From the NCBI GenBank assembly GCA_030066665.1, contig JASJBD010000003.1, forward strand, positions 3,565 to 67,564: a DNA stretch of 64,000 nucleotides, given 5' to 3'. Positions 50,177 through 62,064 of this stretch are shown here, in pieces (the first letter of the stretch is position 1; each line of letters begins with the position of its first letter). The position numbers and the translations under genes are program-made. The stretch is from Gammaproteobacteria bacterium. GTDB taxonomy: Bacteria > Pseudomonadota > Gammaproteobacteria > Steroidobacterales > GCA-2729495. Under the pieces are notes generated by a model. The model had not been told where the DNA came from. It ran no database searches and worked only from the letters and a program-made list of their open reading frames with translations.

Positions 50177-51019
50177 TTAACCGCGCAGGAATTCGGTGAT
50201 GCGTTGAGCCAGCGTCTCGCGATAATCCGGCGCATCGAAGCGCGGCAACGCTGCAAAGCGTCCATCCACCAGTCGCGGCGCGATTTCCTTCGTGACCGGG
50301 CCCAGCGGGTCGTCCTCGGCTGCGACGCATAGCACCGGCTGTTGCACCAACGGCAAACGTTCCTCGGCGAGATAGGCGAACGCAGCCCGATAGGCCAGGT
50401 GATAACTGGTCGCAGCTTTCAGTACTTCCACGACCCAATCGTGCAGTGGCTCCGGCGGCGGCAAACCGGCATCGCGCATGTGCTCCGCGTCGCTCGCATA
50501 CCACGGGAAGAAGATGAACTGGTCGCGACAGAAAAGGAAGGCCTTGATCAGGTGAGTGCCGGTGAGATCCGGGGTGAATGGATGCGCGTATTTCTCGATC
50601 AGCTCGCGCCGTTCCTCTGGCGAGAAGACCGTTACACCGTCCTGGACGAGCTTGCCAACCAGCTGCGGTGCACGCAGGGCCAGCTCCGAAGCCAGGCAAG
50701 CGCCGGTATGCGTGCCGTAGACATCGGCCCGGTCGATGTCCAGCGCGTAGAGAAACTCCAGGATCGCGTGGCTGTAGTCAGTGATCTCCGGCGCCTCCAG
50801 CGGTAACGGCGTGCTGTCACCGTTACCGGGCGTGTCCGGTGAGATGACGGTGAAATCGCGTGCCAGGAGCGCGATCAGCGGCTCGAGCTGTTTGGAGCTG
50901 CCGGGTGAAGCGTGCAGCAGAACCAGAACCGGACCCTCGCCAGCGTACCGATAGTGCATCTGGCCAAAGGGCACATCGACGAAAGCTCGCCGGATCAGGG
51001 TGTCGTTCGAACTCGGCAT
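50177..51019 (-). CDS. Alpha/beta hydrolase fold protein
   Basis: PVLVLLHASPGSS...VISPDTPGNGDS...VYGTHTGACLA has an unusual nucleophile-elbow context. About 280 aa. Confidence 0.7.
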   Translation of the reverse strand: MPSSNDTLIRRAFVDVPFGQMHYRYAGEGPVLVLLHASPGSSKQLEPLIALLARDFTVISPDTPGNGDSTPLPLEAPEITDYSHAILEFLYALDIDRADVYGTHTGACLASELALRAPQLVGKLVQDGVTVFSPEERRELIEKYAHPFTPDLTGTHLIKAFLFCRDQFIFFPWYASDAEHMRDAGLPPPEPLHDWVVEVLKAATSYHLAYRAAFAYLAEERLPLVQQPVLCVAAEDDPLGPVTKEIAPRLVDGRFAALPRFDAPDYRETLAQRITEFLRG

Positions 51020-51046
51020 GGCTCTCCAGCGCCGGCGGCGTTCTGA

Positions 51047-52536
51047 TCAGCCGACTGCGGTGCCGAGCGTGATCATCGGCGCGGGCAACTGGCTCTCGCC
51101 GCGCAAATACTCGTCGATCGCGCGGGCGGCGCCGCGACCTTCGTTGATGCCCCAGACAACCAGCGACTGTCCGCGGCGGCAATCGCCGGCAGCAAATACG
51201 CCCGGCACGCTCGTCTGAAAGTCACCATGTTCGGCACGATAGTTGGTTCGCGGATCAAGCTCGACACCCAGCGATTCGGAGACGTTCGTTTCCGGACCCA
51301 GGAAACCCATCGCAAGCAGAACCAGGTCGGCCTCCCAGGTTTGCTCGGTGCCGGGAATCTCGACCATTTCCATGCGGCCTTCGCGAGACTGCCATTCAAT
51401 CTGCACCGTTCGCAGACCCGTGACCCGCCCTTCTTCGACCAGGAATTCCTTCGACAGGATCGCAAAGGCGCGCGGATCCGCCCCGAAGCGCGCAATGGCT
51501 TCCTCGTGACCGTAGTCCGTGCGCATGATCTTCGGCCATAACGGCCACGGGTTATCAGCCGCGCGTTGGGCCGGCGGCTCCGGCAACAGCTCGAGATTGA
51601 CCAGGCTCTTGCAACCGTGCCGCAACGATGTCGCGATGCAGTCGGTACCGGTGTCGCCGCCGCCGATCACGATCACGGCCTTGTCCTTCGCACTGATGTA
51701 GTTGCCGTCGGCCAGATTGCTGTCCAGCAGACTGCGCGTATTGGCGGTCAGGAAATCCATCGCGAAATGGATGCCTTCAGCGTCGCGGCCCGGAATCGGT
51801 AAGTCGCGCGGCCGGGTCGCGCCCGTGGCCAGCAGTAACGCGTCGTATTCCGACAGCAACTCAGCCGTAGCGACATCCACGCCAACGTGAATACCGGTAC
51901 GAAATTCGATGCCGGCCTCCCGCATCAGGTCGACGCGACGGTCCACGAAGCTCTTGTCGAGTTTCATGTTCGGGATGCCGTACATCAACAGGCCACCGAT
52001 CCGGTCCTCGCGCTCGAAAACCGTTACCAGGTGGCCGGCTTTGTTCAGCTGATCCGCCGCGGACAGTCCCGCCGGGCCTGAACCAACGACCGCAACCTTC
52101 TGCCCACTGCGTTGCGCCGGTGTCACGTGAGACACCCAGCCCTCGGCAAAACCGCGATCGATAATTGCGTTCTCGATGTTCTTGATGGTCACGGCCGGAT
52201 CGGTAATCCCCAACACACAGGCCCCTTCGCAGGGCGCCGGGCAGGTGCGCCCCGTGAATTCCGGGAAGTTGTTGGTTTTGTGCAGGCGATCCAGCGCCTC
52301 GCGCCAGCGGCCCTGGAACACGAGATCATTCCATTCCGGGATCAGGTTGTCGATCGGGCAGCCTTCGTCGGACTGGCAAAACGGCACGCCGCAATCCATG
52401 CAGCGCGCGGCCTGTCGGCGCAGCTTCTTCTCTTTCGGCGGCGTATAGATCTCGCCGAAATCACCCAGGCGCTCGTGCGCGTCCCGGTACGGCACGCTCT
52501 TGCGGGTGAACTCCATGAAGCCGGTTGGCTTACCCA

Positions 52537-52537
<1 letters not shown>
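51047..52537 (-). CDS. gltD: Glutamate synthase (NADPH) small subunit
   Basis: [10 protein letters not shown]...[10 protein letters not shown]...[14 protein letters not shown]...[11 protein letters not shown]. Confidence 0.94.
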
Positions 52538-57027
<4,490 letters not shown>

Positions 57028-57286
57028 GCATTCCGTGGGGCATACGCGGCGTATGCCCCGGTCCAGTTTTTGTTCAGAGATCGCCCATTACGCCGCGGAA
57101 GTCCCCGTTGGGAACAGCGGGCGGTACGAGTGGAAAAGTATAGGGGAGCGCTCTCGGACGCAACGAGCCGGAGCACCGATTACAGGTGAAACTCGTTTGA
57201 TGGCAGGGACTTAGGCCCGGCGCAGTGTGGGCCGGACCGGTTCGCTTACACGGTTACGCGCGTAACCAAGGCGTCTGTGTCGTCTT

Positions 57287-57766
57287 TCAGTGGTTCGCCG
57301 CCTGCAGCCGGATCATGCCTTCGGTTTCGAAACGAACCGGCTTAACGGCGGGAATGTCCACACCCAGCCGGCCCTCGAGCACGTAGGGAATGTCCCGGTG
57401 GACGGCATCGCGAACGATGAACAGCAGCTCCGGTGCGGTCTGCAGCAGATTCAGATTGACGCTGATGATGAACTCGCCCTCGCTGCCCGCCGGAACGACG
57501 AAGCCGCCGCTGGTCTCGCCGCTCGCGAAGCGGTGGCCGTCCAGGCGTACGCCGTAGGCGACCGTGCTCACGGGAAGTGGAAACGGGTTCGGGTTGACGA
57601 CGTCGAACTCGAGCAGGAATGTCTGCTGCTTAAGATCGAGGGTTTCGACGTGGACCTCCGTGAGCTCCACGCCCGGCGCGCTGACGACGTCTTCCAGACT
57701 CGCGCAGGACGCCAGCATTGCTGCCGCCACAACGAGTCCCCCCACTCGAAGGCTTTGTCCGGTCAT
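57287..57766 (-). CDS. LEA type-2 / NDR1-HIN1-like (water-stress) domain lipoprotein
   Basis: Lipobox MLASC. VELTEVHVETLDLKQQTFLLEFDVVNPNPFPLPV...YGVRLDGHRF is the typical LEA_2 pattern. Confidence 0.7.
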   Translation of the reverse strand: MTGQSLRVGGLVVAAAMLASCASLEDVVSAPGVELTEVHVETLDLKQQTFLLEFDVVNPNPFPLPVSTVAYGVRLDGHRFASGETSGGFVVPAGSEGEFIISVNLNLLQTAPELLFIVRDAVHRDIPYVLEGRLGVDIPAVKPVRFETEGMIRLQAANH

Positions 57767-57770
57767 GCCC

Positions 57771-58238
57771 CTACTCCGGTTGTGTGCCCAGTTCTCCCCA
57801 GCGTGCAGAGATCAACAGCCAGTCGCTGTCTCCGCGCTCGAGCTCCAGCTCGAAGCGATACGCGTCGGCACTCAGTCCCAACGCGCTTTGATTCGTTCCC
57901 GCCATGCCGACCGTCAGCGCGACGTTCGCGGCGGTCCCATCGATGACCTCGATCGAATCGATGGTCGGGAACAGCGAGATCGTCGACTGGCGGAGGAACA
58001 TGACTCGGATCGTGTTCTCGATGTCATCGCGGCTGTTACCCCGGCCGTCGACATAACCCTCCGAGATGCGGTCGACGATCGCTCGCCGATCCTTGTCTTC
58101 CGCCGCGGCGTGCACGGCGTCGATCCAGGCCCTGATCTCCTCTTCCGGCGCCGATCGCTCGCCGCCGCAGGCGACCAGCAGGACCGCTGCAAGACTCGCG
58201 ACCCCGATCCGCGAGAGTGTCCTGACCCCTGCCATCAT
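57771..58238 (-). CDS. Hypothetical lipoprotein
   Basis: Lipobox LLVAC. 155 aa. It ends 4 nt upstream of the LEA_2 lipoprotein gene. No family recognised. Confidence 0.55.
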   Translation of the reverse strand: MMAGVRTLSRIGVASLAAVLLVACGGERSAPEEEIRAWIDAVHAAAEDKDRRAIVDRISEGYVDGRGNSRDDIENTIRVMFLRQSTISLFPTIDSIEVIDGTAANVALTVGMAGTNQSALGLSADAYRFELELERGDSDWLLISARWGELGTQPE

Positions 58239-58373
58239 CTGCTAAAGTCTACTGATGTTGCGTGCCGGATTCGTTTCAAATCGGCTGGAATGTGACGCGG
58301 TTCGCAGTCTGTTTTCGGGCTTTCAGCCACTTATGTCAGGACGAGAATCACCCTTCCCCAGGAAAAGCGCCGA

Positions 58374-59036
58374 ATGACCGCAAAACTCCTCAGCGAATCG
58401 CACGAAGCGACGATCACCGACGAGGATCAGCTGCGCATCGACGCGGTGCTTTCCTTCTGGTTCAAGCAGCAATCGCTCAGCGCGCCCCAAGTCGACCGGC
58501 GCATGGACGTGTGGTTCGGCGAGGACACGGCATTTGACGCACAGATCAAGGCGGAATTCTCAGGCGACGTCGCTCGCGCGTCGGAGGGCAAACTCGACCA
58601 CTGGGCGAAACAGCCGAGAGGCAGGCTCGCCCTGATTCTCCTGCTCGACCAGTTCCGCCGCAATATCTACAGGAGCACGCGCGACGCATTCGCAATGGAC
58701 CGCAAGGCCCTGCAGCTCTGCGTCCAGGGCGCGATGGAGAAGAAGGACCGGGGACTCGACCCGATCGAGAAGGTGTTCTTCTACATGCCGCTGCAACACG
58801 CCGAATCGGCAAAGGTCCAGGCCAAGTCCTGCGAGCTGTACAACAAGCTCGCCGAAGCCGTCTCGCCCACCTACCGCGAGACCTTCATGACGATCGCCCA
58901 GTTCGCCGAACTGCACCGCGACATCGTCGACCAGTTCGGCCGCTTCCCCCACCGCAACAAGCTCTTAGGCCGCAAGAACACGCCGGAAGAAGAGGAATAC
59001 CTGGCCGACGCACCGGACTTCGGGCAAAGCGGCTAG
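58374..59036 (+). CDS. DUF924 family protein
   Basis: WFGEDTAFDAQIKAEF...W...PRGRLALILLLDQFRRNIYR...FYMPLQHAES...RFPHRNKLLGR matches the DUF924 pattern as I recall it. Confidence 0.8.
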   Translation: MTAKLLSESHEATITDEDQLRIDAVLSFWFKQQSLSAPQVDRRMDVWFGEDTAFDAQIKAEFSGDVARASEGKLDHWAKQPRGRLALILLLDQFRRNIYRSTRDAFAMDRKALQLCVQGAMEKKDRGLDPIEKVFFYMPLQHAESAKVQAKSCELYNKLAEAVSPTYRETFMTIAQFAELHRDIVDQFGRFPHRNKLLGRKNTPEEEEYLADAPDFGQSG

Positions 59037-59144
59037 GCGATTCCGCCGCGCGTTTCGGCATCCCCCGTAAGAACCCGCCATGCGGGCGACCGATGCGTCG
59101 CCTGTCGGTCAGAAGCGAACGCACCACACCAGACTAGAAACTCT

Positions 59145-60305
59145 TCAATCTCCGTCACCGCGCCCTGCCAGATATAGCAGCACATCCATCAGTATTGGAT
59201 TCTTCGAGATCGTGTTGTAGTTGATGACGATACGGCCAGACTCGAGATAACGAATAGCCATACTGCTGCTCCCGAAGCCCGCGCCGCCATGGCCAACTGC
59301 TATTGCCTCCTCGGTCTCGGAGTATGGCAACTGCATGATTGAGAATCCGTAGCCGTATGGGTTCATGTGCGGTGGCGGCCACGCTCCTTCAGGCACCTCT
59401 GATGGAAGGGAATGGGGAGCGAACATCAGCTCCCAGGACTCGGGCTCCAATACTTCGGCCGACCCGAGTGCTGACATAAAACGATGCATGTCCTGGAGCG
59501 TCGATTTCGCACCGCCGTCACCAACATAGTCAGTGGGAACGTCTCGTATGATTCGCCCGTCTTGTGACAGATAATCCGGACCTTCCTCTGGATTCAGCCG
59601 ATCAGCCGGCACGGACTCTGACATCCCCAACGGGTCGAATAGTCTTCGCTGCAGTACCTCACCAAACGTCGTTTCCCGTTTTGCTTCGATGATTTTTGCA
59701 AGCAATAAATAGCCGGTGTTGCTGTAGTGGAACTTAGTACCGGGATCGAACTCCAGGGGCATGCCGCGGACGATTTCGAGCATCTCGTCTGCACTGGCTT
59801 CGGTAGCTCCTTCACGGCCCTCCAGAACGATCCGTAGAAAGTAGTCCGGCAGTCCACTCCGGTGCGACAATAGGTCGTGCAGCGTGATTTCAGCGGCTCT
59901 TGGATGCTGATAGGCGGGAAGCAATGTGTCCAGTGATTGATCGAGAGAGACCCGGCCCTCCTCCACCAGCTGCATCACCAGCACGGCTGTGAACATCTTT
60001 CCCTGGCTGTTGACAGTAAATCGCTGATCGATGCCAAGTGCGGTGCCGCTGTCGAAGTCTGCGACTCCAATCGCTCTCTCGTAGACAATTTCATCGTGCT
60101 CAGCGACGAGAATCCCTCCATGCAACGCACCCGTCGCAAATAGCCGAAGGATGATGCGGTCGAGTTCTTCAGAATACGTCTCCGCGCTATGGGAAATTGG
60201 GCTCGCGCCTAGTACAAAGGCGGCCACCAAGAGCATGAGTGCGGACCGGAGACTTCTTCTTTGCCTGGGTCTGCTCGTCAACACGGCAATCTGATCTTCT
60301 TTCAC
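59145..60305 (-). CDS. Serine hydrolase of the beta-lactamase/transpeptidase-like (PF00144-type) family
   Basis: GTG start. Arg-rich signal peptide (RPRQRRSLRSALMLLVAAFVLGA). SxxK is NSQGK, Y-x-N is HYSNTGY, and HGGAGFG lies near the C-terminus. Confidence 0.8.
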   Translation of the reverse strand: MKEDQIAVLTSRPRQRRSLRSALMLLVAAFVLGASPISHSAETYSEELDRIILRLFATGALHGGILVAEHDEIVYERAIGVADFDSGTALGIDQRFTVNSQGKMFTAVLVMQLVEEGRVSLDQSLDTLLPAYQHPRAAEITLHDLLSHRSGLPDYFLRIVLEGREGATEASADEMLEIVRGMPLEFDPGTKFHYSNTGYLLLAKIIEAKRETTFGEVLQRRLFDPLGMSESVPADRLNPEEGPDYLSQDGRIIRDVPTDYVGDGGAKSTLQDMHRFMSALGSAEVLEPESWELMFAPHSLPSEVPEGAWPPPHMNPYGYGFSIMQLPYSETEEAIAVGHGGAGFGSSSMAIRYLESGRIVINYNTISKNPILMDVLLYLAGRGDGD

Positions 60306-60410
60306 GTTAGCGCCCCGTGTGTCTCAGAATCTTTAGACAGGATACGCCAGGGAAGCAGCAATAGGGCCACCTGAATCGGCGTCACTCAATGTCTGATTTG
60401 GTTATCCCGG

Positions 60411-61301
60411 CTATTCATCAGTCGCGAACAGACGCCGCGACCAATTCGGGTCTGCATTCTGGTAATCGGCATAGGCGTCAGCCGCCCTGTCGCGTGTCGC
60501 GCTCGGCGATTCGCCGGAAAACCATGCGCTGATCGTCGCCTCCAATGTATACGCTTCTGGCGCCATCAATCCGTTGGTCGTTAGGAGACTGTGTGACCGC
60601 TTGAAGCTCAACAGGTCCGCGAAATAGTCTCGACTCCGGCACGCAAGCACTACCGAACTACGCGGACCGGCTACAGGCTCTGGCGAAGAAAGCGCGGGTG
60701 AAGCGAAATCCATGAGTCCGTTATGGCCAACATAAGCAACGAGGTGGGATGACCCACCGGCTGCGAGGGTAACCTCATCGGGGGCGTCTCCGAGGAGGTA
60801 CGCCTCCTCCGGCTCACCACCAGCCAACTCCAGGAAGCGTATCGTCGCAGCTCGGATTTCTCTGCCGCGCCACGCTTCAGCAATCAGATAAGTGTCGACG
60901 GTGTTGCCGTCGCGCTCGACTGTCGACCGGAATGCGACTCGATCCAACACAGCCGGATTGGTGGGCGCGTCGATCGCTACCCGCGTCCAATCGTCGTGCT
61001 TGGAGAAGTAGGTCTTCACACCGTATAGCGCACCCCAGTAGAGGTTAGACCCCGGATCGTCGCCGTTGCCGAGATGGAGTGGGACAGGGACGATACGCTG
61101 ATGCCAGTTATCGCACAGCGCAACTACAACATGCGCCACCAGAGGTTTTCCGGAAGCCGCGTCTTCTGACATACGCTCTTGAACAGATTGAGCAGCAGCG
61201 ATCTGCGAAGCCGCATCGGACGCTGCCAATACAGTGATGAAGGACACGAGTATTCGCAGGATCACGCTGGTCAATCCCCTCTGTATCCCCAAAACCCACA
61301 C
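60411..61301 (-). CDS. Hypothetical secreted protein
   Basis: GTG start, hydrophobic N-terminus (VILRILVSFITVLAASDAAS), 296 aa. No motif recognised. It shares a strand with its neighbours. Confidence 0.5.
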   Translation of the reverse strand: MWVLGIQRGLTSVILRILVSFITVLAASDAASQIAAAQSVQERMSEDAASGKPLVAHVVVALCDNWHQRIVPVPLHLGNGDDPGSNLYWGALYGVKTYFSKHDDWTRVAIDAPTNPAVLDRVAFRSTVERDGNTVDTYLIAEAWRGREIRAATIRFLELAGGEPEEAYLLGDAPDEVTLAAGGSSHLVAYVGHNGLMDFASPALSSPEPVAGPRSSVVLACRSRDYFADLLSFKRSHSLLTTNGLMAPEAYTLEATISAWFSGESPSATRDRAADAYADYQNADPNWSRRLFATDE

Positions 61302-61355
61302 GGCTGCTCTCGTTCAGATGCCGTCATTCTACTTCAGTATGCTTTCGCGGCCGGC

Positions 61356-61395
61356 ATCGGCTGGAAGCCGCCCCTACGGTGCCTCGTCGACTTTC
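61356..61395 (-). repeat. Intergenic repeat copy 1 (GGCTGGAAGCCGC core)
   Basis: About 81% identical (30 of 37 aligned nt, hand alignment) to 62023-62064. Both copies lie just 3' of a minus-strand stop codon. Confidence 0.55.
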
Positions 61396-61417
61396 CGCTG
61401 CGGATCAAGATCCGCCG

Positions 61418-61954
61418 TCAGAGTAAGGTGAAGTCTTCAAGCAGGCTATCGCACATCTGAACTCCGAAGCGAGCGGGTGAAACCCGGTTGCGGGAATTGG
61501 ACCGAACCCAATCCAACTCCAGGTCACGAATGTGGCCGAGTACCGAAAAGATGATTTCGTTGAACCCCTCATCACCGGTTTCTTCCTGGTTCACGCTGCG
61601 GGAGCTTCCTTCCAGGTCGACATAGTGAAAAGGGACATCGGCTTCCCAGGGCGCAGCCCACTCATCGATCAGGTACAGGTCGCTGTATCTGCAGTAGGCA
61701 AAGTCGGCGCAGTTGTTGTTGAAGCGACCAGCACCATCCTCTCCGAACCACGCCGGCCCATTCTTGGCGAACCGTTCGACAATGCTGTCGGAGTTTTCTT
61801 CCGTGTCGAAATTGAGGCCGAGTCGGCCATGCGCCGGTGCAGAGTCGAACGCGAAACACGACCATGGAACATCGCCGTGCTCACTTTCGAATTGCTCCAG
61901 TGTCTCTCGGACCAGCGAGCGGTAAGGGGCAATCATCTCTCTTAGATCGAGCAC
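61418..61954 (-). CDS. Hypothetical cytoplasmic protein (vaguely DUF4303/immunity-like)
   Basis: 178 aa, no signal peptide, acidic. SCFAFDSAPAHGRLGLNFDTEEN loosely resembles DUF4303-type proteins from memory. Weak call. Confidence 0.45.
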   Translation of the reverse strand: MLDLREMIAPYRSLVRETLEQFESEHGDVPWSCFAFDSAPAHGRLGLNFDTEENSDSIVERFAKNGPAWFGEDGAGRFNNNCADFAYCRYSDLYLIDEWAAPWEADVPFHYVDLEGSSRSVNQEETGDEGFNEIIFSVLGHIRDLELDWVRSNSRNRVSPARFGVQMCDSLLEDFTLL

Positions 61955-62022
61955 GTAGTAGCACCGATATACAGGGAAGTCAGCTTCTTTGTGGAGCCGC
62001 GAAATTCGATCAGTAGTCCTGG

Positions 62023-62064
62023 ATCGCGGCTGGAAGCCGCTCCTACATTGTGTCGTCGATTGTC
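62023..62064 (-). repeat. Intergenic repeat copy 2 (GCGGC-TGGAA-GCCGC hairpin core)
   Basis: See copy 1. This copy abuts the stop codon of the ankyrin gene. Confidence 0.55.
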
